A stretch of DNA of 54,933 nucleotides from Chiloscyllium plagiosum (taxonomy: Eukaryota): positions 6,106,637 to 6,161,569 of the forward strand of contig NC_057749.1 in the NCBI RefSeq assembly GCF_004010195.1. Reading direction: 5' to 3'. Every line of letters begins with the position of its first letter. Position 1 is the first letter of the stretch. Position numbers and translations under genes: made by a program. Of the stretch, positions 37,628 through 50,964 are shown in pieces. The notes under the pieces are model-generated. The model saw only the letters and a program-made list of their open reading frames with translations, ran no database searches and was not told where the DNA came from.

Positions 37628-38431
37628 TCAGAGGCAGGTAATTTTTCCATTGTGCCAAAACAACTCCATATAGCAGAAAAATAAAGAAAGAAAGAGCAAA
37701 ATAAGTTTGAAGAAGTGTTACTGTTGTAGCGGACATAGAACAAATTATGAGCAAGCTCCCCTCACACAGCAGGATAATAAATAAGTCAATTGTGAGTAGC
37801 AAGAAACCAGACTAACTTTGAAATGATTACAAAATATTTGAGTGGATTATATATTTCTCCTTTAACATAACTCAGCTGGTTGTGGTCACAATATCGTAGG
37901 TAGCACAATGCATTCTGTGTTGCACATCTAACGAGAAAAGGTACAGAGACTTGGAGCTGAATTCTACCTGCTGCCCTGGGGCGGGGTGGAGTGGAATTGT
38001 GGGAGGATAACAGAGTGGCTCCCCACCACTGTGTCGCCGCCAGCATCAGATGGGATGTGTGCCTTAAAGCAGGTTGGCGATCCTCTTCACGGCCATTTTA
38101 CAGAGTTGCCGCCATTTTACTGATGGCTGAGAAAGCCTCCCTCTCCCCCCACCCACCTCCCACTGCTGGCATAGCCACTGGGTTTGTAGAGGTGGCTACC
38201 CTGTGGCAGTGCGCGAGGCCTGAGCCTTCCTGGCTCAAAGCTGAGGCTGATGGCCCAAAAAGTTGAACCTAGGTAGGTTCCCTTTCTCTCACACAGAGCC
38301 CTCTGTCTCCTAAGTATTGATTTTTGTTCCTCTGTCTGAGGATGCTGAAGGGGCCCTGAGGTCTCCCATCTGCCTGATCTCTCTCTCTCTCTGTCTGTGA
38401 TGCGGCTGAGTCTTCAGATTTAGTACACTGC

Positions 38432-38990
38432 TCCTTGCAGCTGTGTAGAACTTCTATTAGGCCACGTTTGGAATATTGTGTACTACTGGTCACCACACAA
38501 CCAGAAACATGTGGAGGTTTTGGAGATGGTACAGAAACAGTTTACCACGATGTTGCCTGGCTTGGTGGGTACTAGCAATGGGGAGAGATTGGAACAATTT
38601 GGCTTGTTTTCACTTGAACTTCAAAGAATGAGGGGTGACTCGACAGCAGCTTACAAAATTATGAAAAGCATGGATAGAATGGATAGTTAGAACCATTTTC
38701 CCAGGGTAGAAATCTCAATTCCGAGACGATATAGTTTTAAGGTGAGAGGGAGAAGATTTAAAGGAGATGTGAGAGATCAGCTTTTTGCCCAGAGGGTGGT
38801 AAATGCTTGGAATGTGTTGCCAGAAGAGGTGGTTGAGTTGGATACAATAGCAACATTTAAAAGGGATCATGACAGATATATGAATAGGAAGGCATAGAGG
38901 GCTACACACTGTGTAGAGACAAAAGGTTTTTAATTTAGAAAGGAATCATGTGTCGGATCAGTCTATTCTTGTGCTGAATGTTCTTTGTTC
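38432..38990 (+). mobile_element. 5'-truncated CR1 LINE
   Basis: ORF 38478..38690 WSPHNQKHVEVLEMVQKQFTTMLPGL..GLFSLELQRMRGD. Confidence 0.83.
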
Positions 38991-39311
38991 TTGGCTGGGT
39001 AATACCAGGCCATCCTGGTAAAGTTGTTGAGCTGCCAACAAATGCAGGCTTGGGAACCCAATTTATACTGTGACCTTGGGATCCCCAAATAAACCAAACT
39101 ACTGCAGATACTGGAAAATCTGAAATGAAAGCAGAAGTTGTTGGAGAAACCCAGCAGGTCTGACAGCATCCGTGGCTCGAGAAAGCAGACTTAACATTTC
39201 AGGACCAGTGTCCCTTCTTTAGAAGTGAAGCAGAACTACCATTCCCAGACAGATCGATTGGAGAATCATACTTGACTGCAGATACTCCCTGGAATGGCAT
39301 TGACAGAGGAA

Positions 39312-39529
39312 AGTTAGAAGTCACACAACACCAGGTTATAGTCCAACAGGTTTATCTGGAAGCCCTAGCTTTCAGAGCGCTGCGCCTTGTGGTTGTCACC
39401 TGACAACCACCTGATGAAGGAGCAGTGCTCCAAAAGCTAGTGCTTCCAAATAAACCTGTTGGACTCTAACCCGGTGTTGTGTGATTTTTAACTTTGTACA
39501 CCCCAGTCCAACACCGGCATCTCCAAATC
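39312..39529 (+). mobile_element. Fold-back PLE-derived insertion, family B
   Basis: Same arms and terminus as 2091-2301; TTGACAGAG duplicated at 39300-39308 and 39530-39538. Sense hammerhead has GAAA mutated to AAAA. Confidence 0.85.
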
Positions 39530-40569
39530 TTGACAGAGCAAGCTCTTGAATAGGAATAACACTCAAACATTTGTTAGAAAAATACCATTGGTATTAGTGC
39601 GAAGACAATGGGGCAACTCGTAGCGATGAAGAGATATTGACTTGGGTTTTGAGTTGTCACTAATTTGTTAGCCTAGCATTAACTTGTCGTCTTGGTGAAT
39701 GTCAAAACTTCTGCCTTTGCACAACAATTTAAATTCCCAGCAGTAAGCTTTTTTACAATCTAGAGACCCTGTTCTTGTGTGAGACAGTGCACCTGATAAA
39801 GATCTCACATCACAGCACAAAAGAAAGCAAACATTAATTCTTCAACTAACACCACCAAAGTGGGTTAGCTAGGTGTTTACCTGACTTCTTTTGTGGCACC
39901 TTGCTGTGTGTAATTTGTCTGCAACATTTCCAAGCAACCAGCAGGATACAAAAGAAAATTTTTCAACAATCATTTCTGAAGCATCTTGTCACATTCTGAT
40001 GGTGGGAAAGGAGCCAAATGTAAAGTATATTGTCTCCTTTATGTCAAGTGCCACATTTATCATTTTAAAAAAACACTTATTTAACATTTAAATAAGAGAA
40101 AACAAAAACTAGATGTTTCCTGTTGTTTCCACTGATCTTAATTTAATTGCTCTTCAAAACGAAAGAGTGAGAGATTTATAACCAGCTGTCAAGCTGTGTC
40201 ATTGAGACCAAAGAAGCTATTCTGTTCTGTTGGCTTACAGAAAGCGTATACAGAATGTTTGTTCAGACTGGCACAGAAGGAGGTCATTCAGCCCAACATA
40301 TCTATGCTAGCTCCCTGCAAGAGCTATTGAACCAGTCCCACTCCCCTGTCTTTTACCTGAAGGTCAGGAATGATTGTTTCCTTGGAAAGTTACGCAATTC
40401 CCTTTTGAAAGCCATTATAGAATCCTCTTCATCCATACCCTCAGCTAGAGCATTTCAGATCCTAACCACTCTTGGCAAATCTTTTTTTTGCCATTCACTT
40501 TAAGTCAATGCATTCGACTTCTCAATCCTTACAAAATAACAACTAAGCATCTTGTCACATTCATGTGAT

Positions 40570-41355
40570 TAGACAGTCATACAACATGAAAACAGACCCT
40601 ATGGTCTAACCAATCCATGCCGAACATCATCCCAAACAAAACTAGTCCTCCCTGCCTGCTCCTGGTCCGTATCCCTCTAAAGCTCTCCTATTCATGTATT
40701 TATCCAAATATCTTTTAAATCTTGTAATATTACCCACATCCACCACTCCCTCAAGAAGTTCATTCTACACACAAACTACCTTCTGTGTAAAAAAAAATGC
40801 CTCTCATGTCTATTTTAAATCTGTCTCCTCTCACCTTAAAAATGTGCCCCTTCATTTGTGGCTGGCACGGTGGCACAGCGGTTAGCACTGTTGCCTCACA
40901 GCACCAGAGACCCGGGTTCAGTTCCTGCCTCAGGCAACTGTCTGTGTGGAGTTTGCACATTCTCCCCATGTCTGTGTGGGTTTGCTCCAGTTCCCTCCCA
41001 CTATCCAAAAATGTGTAGGTTAGGTGAATTGGCCATGCTAAATTGCCCGTAGTATTAAGTGTAGGGGAATGGGTCTGGGTGGGTTGGTGTGGACTTGTTG
41101 GGCTAATCTAATCTTGAAATCCCACATCCTAGGGAAAAGACACCTTCCCTTAACCCTATCTATACACAATTTTATAAATCTCTATAAGGTCATCTCTCAA
41201 CTTCCAATGTTCCAGTCAAAAAAGTTGCAGCATATCCAGCCTTTCTTTACAAGTCAAACCTTCCTTACCTGGCAATATCCTGGTAAATCCCTTCTGATCC
41301 CGCTCCAGATAAATAATATCCTTCCTATAACTGAGTGATCAGAATGGGACACAGT
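40570..41355 (-). mobile_element. CR1 3' fragment interrupted by a + strand HE1 SINE (~40861-41112)
   Basis: CR1 rc sequence breaks at ..AAAATGTGCCCC and resumes at ATCTTGAAATCCC after the SINE. Confidence 0.83.
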
Positions 41356-41544
41356 TTGTTCAGAGCGTTAGATGAAGTATGGGTGAAGTTTTAGAAGATC
41401 AGTGAGCTATATTTAGAGACAGAAAGGAGTACGCCTACTACAATATTGAAGTGATAGTTATGGCCCTTCAGGTAGATCCTAATGGTTGTTAGGAAAAGAC
41501 CATTGAAAAGCTTCCCTCAATTTCATAACTGGTCAAGGTTTCAC

Positions 41545-42052
41545 ATAGAGTCATTGAGATGTACAGCACGGAAACAGACCCTTCAGTCCAACTCTTCCAT
41601 GCCGACTAGACATCCCAACCCAATCTAGTCCCACCTGCCAGCACCTGGCCCATATCCCTCCAAACCCTTTCTATTCATATACCCATCGAGATGCCTTTTA
41701 AATGTTGCAATTGTACCAGCCTCCACCACTTCCTCTGGCAGCTCATTCCATACACGTACCACCCTCTGCATGAAAAAGTTGCCCAGTAGGTCTCTTTTAT
41801 ATCTTTCCCCTCTCACCCTAAACCTACACCCTCTAGTTCTGGACTCTCCGACCCCAGGGAAAAGACTTTGCCTATTTACCCAATCGATGCCCCTCATAAT
41901 TTTGTAAACCTCTATAAGGTCTCCCCTCAGCCTCCGACGCTCCAGGGAAAACAGCCCCAGCCTGTTCAGCCTCTCCCTGTAGCTCAAATCCTCCAACCCT
42001 GGCAACATCCTTGTAAGTCTTTTCTGAACCCTTTCAAGTTTCACAACGTCTT
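41545..42052 (-). mobile_element. Young 5'-truncated CR1 LINE
   Basis: Stop-free DVVKLERVQKRLTRMLPGLEDLSYRERLNRLGLFSLERRRLRGDLIEVYK..GYGPGAGRWD and intact 3' UTR. Confidence 0.92.
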
Positions 42053-42391
42053 TCAGGACTGTCTTAGGAAAGGAAAGGATTGATGAGGCAGGGATTTGAC
42101 TTGTGAGATGAAAAGAGTGGGAAGGGAGGAGGAAAGTCAGATGAAAGATGGTGCAGGAGAGGAAGAGAAGAAGAAATTTGGTGAGGGAGAAGAGAAGGGG
42201 AACAGTAACAAAGATCAGTGTTATGGTCCCAGCTGATGTTATCACTGGACAAGTAGTGAAATCTAGCATGGTGGATTTTGTTTTGATGAGACTTAAGCAT
42301 CCAAGGCTGCATATTTGCTTTAAAAAAACCTGAAGCCTATTACAAAAGAGAAAAATAATGATAAAATGAAACAAACCTGGCTGTCGAAATC

Positions 42392-42596
42392 AGAGATAAA
42401 AAAACTGCTGATGTTGGAATCCACAATAGACAAACAGGAGGCTGGAAGAATGCAGCAAGCCAGGCAGCAACAGGAGGTGGAGCAGCCATGTTTCGGGTAT
42501 AACCCTTCATCAGGCCGGGTCTCGATCCAAAACGTTGACTCCTCCACCTCCTGTTGCTGCCTGGCTTGCTGTGTTCTTCCAGCCTCCTGTTTGTCA
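42392..42596 (-). mobile_element. Fold-back PLE-derived insertion, family C
   Basis: Arms GACAAACAGGAGGCTGGAAGAA and TTCTTCCAGCCTCCTGTTTGTC; minus-strand core CTGATGA-A-GGGT(TAT)ACCC-GAAA at ~42490-42513. Confidence 0.82.
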
Positions 42597-44137
42597 GGCT
42601 ATCTAAATGCAGGACACAGTTAGAAAAGTCATGCAGCGCCTCATCATTTCCCAATTTCTTCCAGAAGTCGTACGCCTCTATGTTAAATCATTAAGTTCAA
42701 CTCAACTGGTTCATTACTATCAACCACATGGTGTCATAGTCCGACCAGACCATTTAGAGAAAGAGAGAGAGAGACAACCAGCAGTTGTTTAACCTGAATG
42801 GCACCACACCTCAAAGAAAGGTTGAGAGGGTGGGATTTTCATAGTGACCTCAGCTGCTGTGGGAATTGAACTTAGACTGCTAACATCACTCTGTATTGTG
42901 AACCAACTCTGTATTGTAAACCAACTATGCGACCCTACTGTAAAGTCTTCTTACTGAATACTCAGAAAACTGATGGCTCAAACTTCATCAGCTTTCAATC
43001 AGCTGATTGAACCCCTTTTTCGGTTAAGTGACTCATTACCTGAATTGTCTCCTTTTTTGGAGAAAAATTATATTGTGCTTCTGAACCAATAGCATGCAAA
43101 AATTCTTCCGATTTCTGGATTTCATGAGCTAAAATTGAATGGCCTGCTTCCACACTGTACGGATCTTATGATTCTAAAAAGTCCAGGACAAGGACGAGAA
43201 ATGCAATGCGATTACAAAAGAAATACAAAGGAAACATAATCAGTGTGAAGAGGAGGAGGCATGCAGAGCTTTGTGAGAGCTCTCAAGCAGCTATTGCATG
43301 CCATGATGAGCTTCTAGCTGTCTCCAGGATGGACAACAGGGCAACCAGTGGGGTGACAGATGATCATAGTATTCAGCACATGTAGAGAAAGCAAGGGAAT
43401 GGAAGCACGGAACAGAACATAAGTTGCACAGCAATCCCTTTTCCACCAACACAACAGTCAGTCAGCATCCCTTCGGATTGTCTATGGAGGAGGCATTAAT
43501 TCTGTTCAAGAGAAAAACCAGAGAATGCAGTCATCAGCGATAGATTTGATCATGACTGTTAAAAGGAGGGGAAACAAAGGAGGTGATGCTTTATATTAGC
43601 GATAACATACTGATGCACCTGGCAACTGGGGTAAAGCAATCACTTGTTCTTTGTTGCAAAAGAAAGTTTTTTAAAAAAAAACCAGGACATATCAGCTACC
43701 AGGGAATAAATCTAAGCCTGTGTAAGCAAGTGATTCACAAAGAGTTACAGTCTGGAATCAAAACTATAACCAGAAGGAAAAGCTGGATTCTGATCAGAAC
43801 GGTTCTATAGCACAAAGCTAAAGCTACAAAAGGTAGTGTGTAATAAATTCAGAAGTTCAAACACTGCCGTAGAAGAAACACTAAAGGTATCTCTCAGGAA
43901 CCACTCAATATCATACCGCAGATAATGTAATCTAATGAGCACAGTTATTGGAATTTTAATGGAAAGCTGACAGGTTTTACATGAGCGTGGAAGTTCCAAG
44001 GAGAATGCAAATCATTCTGACATTTATTTAGGTCAAACTAGAAGCTGCAATAACACTCATAACAGCAGAACGATTGTGAGAACTGGTGAAGAAAAATTCA
44101 TTATTTTAAGTTCGTTTGCAAGGGTTAAATAAGATGT

Positions 44138-44435
44138 GGGTAGCACAGTGTCTCAGTGGTCAGCACTGCTGCCTCACGGCACCAGGGACCTGAATTCGAT
44201 CCCAACCTCAGGTGACGGTGTGGAGTTTGTACATTCTCCCTGTGTCTGTGTGGGTTTCCTCACACAATCCAAAACAAAATGTGCAAATTAGGTGAATTAG
44301 TCATGCTAAATTGCCCGTAGTGTGGAGGCTAGGTGCATTAGTCGGGGATAAATGTGGAGGAATGGGTTACTCTGCAAAGGGTCGGTGTTGACTTGTTGGG
44401 CCTAATGGCCTGTTTCCACACTGTAGGGATCTTAT
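44138..44435 (+). mobile_element. HE1-type SINE (another, head-truncated, on the - strand at ~44810-45003)
   Basis: CTCAGTGGTCAGCACTGCTGCCTCACGGCACCAGGGACC head; GGCCTGTTTCCACACTGTAGGGAT tail. Confidence 0.87.
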
Positions 44436-45002
44436 GTTGTGGCTTGCTGTAAGGAGCTGATTTACCAGACATTGAAACAAATTGATGGCTTAAGCTGACC
44501 AAAGAGTTAATCAAACTGCAAGTTAGAAAAACAATTATTTTATGGGTAGGATCAGCATTTGTTGTCCATCCTTAGCAGCTGCCTTTGAACTGGAAGCTAG
44601 ACCATTGAAGAGGGCAGGTCTCAGAGTCAACCCCATGACTCAAGAGTGCACATAGATGAGAATGAACCAAATGGATTGTATGATAATCAAATCTAGCTAC
44701 TTGATCACCAAAGATAATGCAGCAGATTGTAATTCTCACTGCAATAGCATTTGAACCATGCCCCCATTCATATTTCTAGACCACTACAGCACTCTGCACT
44801 AGTTTATCAATTCCCTGCAACGTGGAAGCAGGCCATTCAGCCCATACCAACTTCCAAAGAACCTCCCGCTTTAGACCCATCCTATCCTTGAATTTCCCCT
44901 GGCCAATCTACCTAACTTGCACATCTTTGGAGTGTGGGAGGAAAGCGGAATACCTGGAGGAAACCCACACAGACACAGAGAGAATGTGCAAACTCCACAC
45001 AG

Positions 45003-46290
45003 TCATAGAGACTTACAGTCATAGAGTCATAGAGATGTATAGCATGGAAACAGACCCTTCGGTCCAACCTGTCCATGCCGATCAGATATCCCAACCCAAT
45101 CTAGTCCCATTTGCCAGCACTTGGCTCATATCACTCTAAGCCCTTTGTATTCATAGACCAACCTAGATGCCTTTCAAATGTTGCAATTGTACCAGCCTCC
45201 ACCACTTCCTCTGGCAGCCCATTCCAATAATACTCCACCCTCTGCGTGAAAAGTTTGACCTTTAGGTTCCTTTTTTATTTTCTCCTCTCACCCTAAACCT
45301 ATGCCCTCTATGATCCACACTTGGGATCCCCCACCCCATGGAAAAGACCTTGTCTATTTATCCTATCCATGCCCCTCATGATTTTATAAATCTCTATAAG
45401 GTCACCCATCAGCTTCTGATGCTCCAGGAGGAAACAACCCCAGCCTATTCAGCTCAAATCCTCCAACCCTGGCAACATCCTTATAAGTCTTTTCTGAACC
45501 CTTTCAGGTTTCACAACATCTTTCCGATAGGAAGGAGACGAGAATTGCATGTAATATTCCAAAAGTGGCATAACCAATGTCCTGTACAGCCACAACATGA
45601 CCTCCCAACTTGTATACTCAATGCTCTGACCAATAAAAGAAAGTATACCAAACACCTTCTTCACTATCCTATCTACCTGCGACTCCACTTTAAAGGAGCT
45701 ATGAATGTGCACTCCAAGGTCTCTTTGTTCAACAACACTCCCTAGGACCTTACCATTAAGTGTATAAGTCCTGCTAAGATTTGCTTTCTCAAATGCAGCA
45801 CCTTGCATTTATCTAAATTAAACTCCATCTGCCATTCCTCAGCCCATTGGCCCATCTGATCAAGATCCTGTTGTAATCTGAGGTAACCTTCTTTGCTGTC
45901 CACTACACCTTCAATTTTGAAATCATCTGCAAACTTAATAACTGTACCTCTTATGCTCGCATCCAAATCATTTATGTAAATGACAAAAAGTAGTGGACCC
46001 AGCACCGATCCTTGTGGCACTCCACTGGTCACAGGCCTCCAGTATGAAAAGCAACCCTCCATCACCACCCTCTGTCTTCTAAATTCAAGCCAGTTCTGTA
46101 TCCAAATGGCTAGTTCTCCCTGTATTCCGTGAGATCTAACCTTGCTAATCAGTCTCATGTGGGGAACCTTGTCGAATGCCTCACTGAACTCCATATAGAT
46201 CACGTTCACCACTTTGCCCTCATCAATCCCCTTTGTTACTTTTTCAAAAATCTTAATCAAGTCCGTGGGACACGATTTCCCATGCACAAA
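45003..46290 (-). mobile_element. CR1 LINE, ~1.3 kb RT domain to 3' end
   Basis: ORF 45742..46287 AFDKVPH..VTSGVPQGSVLGPLLFVIYINDL..KFADD..LQQDLD; frameshifted continuation in 45449..45808; (CATAGAGT)n tail. Confidence 0.95.
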
Positions 46291-47207
46291 GACTATCCTT
46301 AATTCTGGAGTGTCAGCAGCATGGTTGAAGTAGAAGATGGTTGCACTGCTGTACTAAAGGGCCATGGTCTTTATACCCCAAGTGTGGATCAAGAGCTAAA
46401 GCAACAAAGCTGTTGGACAAAGAACACAAACTACTTATTGGTGATAACCCCTATGAGGCCCAAAGAGAATTATTGATTCATCTCATTGTGGACGTCATAG
46501 AGAAGAGTTCTCTTGGTAACTGGCAACAGCCTGCCGCGCTGAAACTCATCAGTTGAGCCATCTTATAACCCCCTCTTCCACAGTTACATTTGTGCCCAGA
46601 TTTCCTTTGAGAAGGAGCACAGTGTATCCATAAATGCTGTCAATGCCTCAGAGAGAGAGGTGGGCACTGCGTCGGATACTGTGCTTTATACCCCCCCCCT
46701 CCCCAACTCCAGTTCCTCCTTCCAACTCTAACTTTGGTTTCGTCCCTTCCTGCTCTCCCTACCCCACCTCACCTTTGAAAGTTGCATTACCTTGAATAAG
46801 CTTTGCTTGTAAATATTCAGTTGGATACATGGGTGTTTTTACTGATGGTGCTGTGCTAGCTATAAACAAAAAGAAAAAAAATCGCAGTGATTTTGGTGGT
46901 GGGAAGGTGCTCAGTTGTGTGTGATAACACTTCTGGGCAGAGAAAGAAAGGGATAAAAAGCAGATGCAGATTAGGTCTGCAGAACTGTCTGTCCCAGTCC
47001 GGGAACGAGTGTATCTATTCCATGAGTCGTGGCTCTGTTTTGGTATTCAGCATAAATGAGGCTCCTTTCCAGTCAGGCTTCCTAAGTTATTGCATTATTA
47101 GTTGTGCCAGATTAGTGCATGAGAATGAGGCAGCATTTACAAGTTATTTGTCTGCAATCAATTTTGCTTGAGCTGGAGATATTGGAGGGAAGGATGTAGG
47201 GGGTAAG

Positions 47208-48100
47208 ATGAAACTGAGCAAGGAGGAACAGTTCCCTCTGGGACACTCTGATTCACTCCTCCTTCACTCCCAACACCTCTCCACTCCACAATGGCAGCTT
47301 CTGCATGCAATCGCAGAAGGTGCAGCATCCACCTGTTTATCTCCTCACTCCTCTCTATCCAAGGTAAAGCAGCAAGTTAGCTGCACTTCACTCAATCTAG
47401 TCTACTGTTTTTGCTGCTCACAATGTGGCCTCCTCTACACTGGGGAGGTGAAGTGCTGACTGGGTGACAGTTTTGTAGATTATTGTCTGTGAAAATGACC
47501 CTGAGCTTCCAGTTGCCTGCCACTTTAACCCACCACTGTGTTCCCTGGTCACCATCTCTGTCACAGGCCCACTGCAGTGTTCTAGTGAGCCTCAGTGCAA
47601 TCTGAAAAACAATGTCTCATTTTCCACTCGGGAACCCTGCAGCCTCTAGAACTCACCATTGAATTCAATAACTTTACAGCCTGATTCCATCTTTCCAGAC
47701 TTTTTAAAAACTCAGCCCATACCCAGTCCTGTTAAGACATGGGTTGCTTTCAGCACAGTCACCCATTCCCAAATATTCCTAAGTCCATCATCGCATGTTA
47801 TGGGCTGCATTCAACATAGCTCATCCATTTTCTCCTACTCTGAGTTGTTATTATCACCGACTGTATTTAGTTTATCTTCTATCCTGGCCTGCTACCCATA
47901 ATGCCCTTATTTCCCTACCCCTTTTGTATGTCTCTCCTTCTCTGGGCTCCATCTCCACCTATCTGCAACTCAGCCAACGCTGTCTATCTCATACGCTGCA
48001 GGAGAGTTGATGTTCCAGGCTTAAGCCTTTCATAAGCCAGTCCTTACTTCCTCCTAGTTGCTGAAAACTCTCCAGCATCTGCAGTCCTCACTTTCTTCTT
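47208..48100 (+). mobile_element. Old Penelope-like element 3' region (decayed GIY-YIG)
   Basis: CTSLNLVYCFCCSQCGLLYTGEVK*LGDSF and ..GTLQPLEL motifs; ends with terminus CTCCAGCATCTGCAGTCCTCACTTTC. Confidence 0.75.
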
Positions 48101-48339
48101 AATGTCTATCTTATCAAGGTAACCTGTAACTAGTTATTAACATCCAATTATCCAAACCTTTTTAACTACCAGAAGTGGTTTTCCTCTACCACACCAAACC
48201 AATGAGACCCTGTAGTCCCTACACTTAAAGAATATGTTGGCACAAGCCTTCACTATGAACTGCACCTTATACAGTAGAGATATAGCATGCCCATACAAAA
48301 TATGTTAATATTTTTGACTCTTCATCATTGATAGTCCCT

Positions 48340-48770
48340 TACTGACAGGGGTGACTCTATCCCACTCTCAGGGTGAGTCTGTAGGTGGCTGTACAGACCG
48401 ATGCAGCAACCCAGGGTTTGTTACACTGGGGGCAGGTGATGGTCACGGGAAGGGGGTGGGTGGGACGTTGGTGTGGCCAAGCGCTCTGTTTCCTCCCGGC
48501 TTCCGCTTTTTCCCGACGGCAGGTCTTGAGGAGCTCGATGCCTTCCCGGATGCTCCTCCCCTACATTGGGACCGTCAGGAGCCAGTGATTCCCAGGTGTC
48601 TGTAGGAATGCTGCACCTCCCCAGTGAGGCCTTGAGGGTATCCCTGAGGCACTCCCTCTGTCCCACCTGGAGCTGGCCTGCTGTTTCGGAACTGGGAGTA
48701 GAGCACCTGCTGGCAGAGTCACGTGTCGGTCATGGGGATGAGGTGCCCAGCCCATCACAGCTGATCAAGA
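48340..48770 (-). mobile_element. RTE-clade LINE 3' fragment
   Basis: Minus-strand GQRECLRDTLKASLGRCSIPTDTWESLA resembles the RTE C-terminal GGQRKRFKDTLKASL..WESLA motif; upstream CAGCTGTGATGGGCTGGGCAC corresponds to QLRWAGH. Confidence 0.78.
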
Positions 48771-48800
48771 GGGAGTCAGTGCCTCGATTCTGGGTTTATA

Positions 48801-49298
48801 CAATTCTGGGCCAGAGGCTTGTGATGGATGTGAGGTCCATGGGATGGTAACAGATTAATCCATCCTCAAATTGTGCAAATTTGAGCGCTGACTCTTATCT
48901 CCCCTCTGAAATGCAAATACAAACTATTCAGTTCAAACACTGGCTTTGCCAACTATGCCCAGATCCTGTAAAAGATGGAAAAAACATAACAACTGAAAGA
49001 TTGACACCTAACTCTCGGTTGGATAGAAAGGGATGTGGAATCAGGGAAATTATAGGTGTGAGCTGGGCAGTGAAACAGGACAAGGATGTCATAATTAGAA
49101 GGCATAAGAGTTTGGAGAGGTAAATTGAGGTCAATTCTCTGGGGAGCACTGGGAGCTAATAGATCCTTTTGAGGACAGGCGTGAGAGGGCATTAAGCAAG
49201 AGAAGGCTCGAGCTATAGAGTTCTAGGTCAGAAGCTTGTGATGGATGTGAGGTCCCCAGGTTAACTGATTAATCCATCCTTAAACTGAACAAATTTGA
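48801..49298 (+). repeat. Local direct repeat of ~80 bp (48801-48885 and 49220-49298)
   Basis: Both copies contain GCTTGTGATGGATGTGAGGTCC..GATTAATCCATCCT.AAA.TG..CAAATTTGAG. Confidence 0.8.
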
Positions 49299-49734
49299 GT
49301 TTCGGGGCTTGAGCATGAAACATAATTGACATGTTCCAGAAGCAGAATTTGGGAGTCCTGGAAACAGGTTAGATGTGAGATGGAAAGCTGTCTAGTTGTG
49401 ATGATACAGAGATAAGGATTTGATCTCACAAATCAAGTAGCTGCCATTGGAAATGTCAATAGATTTGAATCAAGATACAGGTGACAAATGCTAATTAACT
49501 AATCATGTATCCATGCTTATCAGCGGGCAATGGTGATATCACTTATCCTTGCCATTCCTTTGACTGAGAGACAAAATGATGAGGTCCCTGGACAGTGTGG
49601 ATCGAGAAAAAAGTGTTCCCATTGTTAGAACAAGATGGCACAGGTATTTGACTAAAGTAGTAATGGAGACATGAGGAAAGATTTGTTCTCCCTGCAAATG
49701 GTTAGGTCTAGAATGCATTGCCCAAGACTGTGAT

Positions 49735-49950
49735 GTAGACAAACGGGAGGCTGGAAGAACACAGCATGCCAGGTAGCATCAGGAAGTGGAGAAGTTAACG
49801 TTTCAGGTATAACCCTTCTTCAGGACTGAAGAAGGGTTATTCCAGAAACGTTGACTTCTCCAGCTCCTGATGCTGCCTGGCTCATTGTGTTCTTCCAGCC
49901 TCCTGCCTGTCTACTTTGGATTCCAGCATCTGCAGTCTTTTTTGTCTCTA
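49735..49950 (+). mobile_element. Fold-back PLE-derived insertion, family C
   Basis: ~90-bp arms meeting at ..CCCTTCTTCAG-GA-CTGAAGAAGGG..; both arms have CTGAAGA..GAAACGTT; TSD CAAGA(C/T)TGTG at 49723-49732 and 49952-49961. Confidence 0.85.
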
Positions 49951-50964
49951 ACAAGATTGTGCGGGAGGGAGGATCGATTGAGGTGTTCGACATGGGGTTG
50001 GATTTTTATTCAAAAGAGAAGGTGGTGCAGGGGAATAGCACTGGGTGCATTGCTAATTTGGAGATGTAGAGCAGTTATGACAGGCTGAATGGCCCCCATT
50101 CTATAATTCTATGACAGATCTTAGGGGGACATTATTTTAAGAAACCTTTTTAGAAATTTGTTTCTAAATTATCAGCAAGAATTACTGACTACTGATTCCT
50201 GTGTGTGTGCACAAAAGCAAGCTCTGTAGCATTACAGAAAGCATACCTATCTGCTAAAAACTATCAAAAAAGATGAATGATACTAAAACTGTTCAGAGAT
50301 CATATTCTCTATGTAATTCGATGCGACTTAAATTTAACATTAAGTCTGATTAACTGGGAAACTATTTCATTCATGCTATTTCTAATGGTCCTCACCATTC
50401 CCACTAAGAATTCTTAGTTTGCAAGTCTGACATTCCTGTCAGCTTTGTCCGAAACAAAAATGAATTATGAATTCTTCAGAATACAGCAAGGAGTCTGATT
50501 AAATGTGTTGCAGGTGATCGAATGGTTGGGAGTTATTGTGTTGTTTGATATCAGATGGATTTCAATGCATTTCAATAAGGGCTCATTGAGTTGGAGATGC
50601 TGAGATTAGCTGGTCTAACAATAGGAGCAGTCAATATCTTTGCTACTTAATTCAGTTGCAGCTGAGGAAGTATTCTTTGGACTTGAATTGCATGTCGTGG
50701 TCTTGCATCAATTAATTCACAATTCCAGTGATGGAAGCTTAAAAGAATTTCTGCAGTGACATGGAAGCATTGGTGTCAGCATTGCGATCCCAGCAGTTGT
50801 GAGAAGCTGCATCAAAGAGACTGCAGCTTTTTAATGAACTGTTCACTTTAAGTTCTCTTTGTTTGACACTGTGCACGACGAAAGTAAAAAACAATCAATT
50901 CTGTCAATGTTGTTTAGCTAAAACAAACAGAAACATCTCCCCAACAAGCTACTTACATAGGCAT

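Noticed and set aside
37950..38270. GC-richer patch with CCATTTT (YY1-like) motifs as an enhancer or exon
   Set aside because: No ORF homology or splice pair; more likely a decayed non-autonomous transposon, and not supportable without a search.
41625..42374. 249-aa minus-strand ORF with hydrophobic N-terminus fused to RT-like sequence
   Set aside because: Chance read-through from pyrimidine-rich low-complexity DNA into a truncated CR1; no splice or expression evidence.
42891..42926. 18-bp tandem duplication CTGTATTGT(G/A)AACCAACT (and a 10-bp one near 8210-8232)
   Set aside because: Ordinary slippage duplications with no sign of function.
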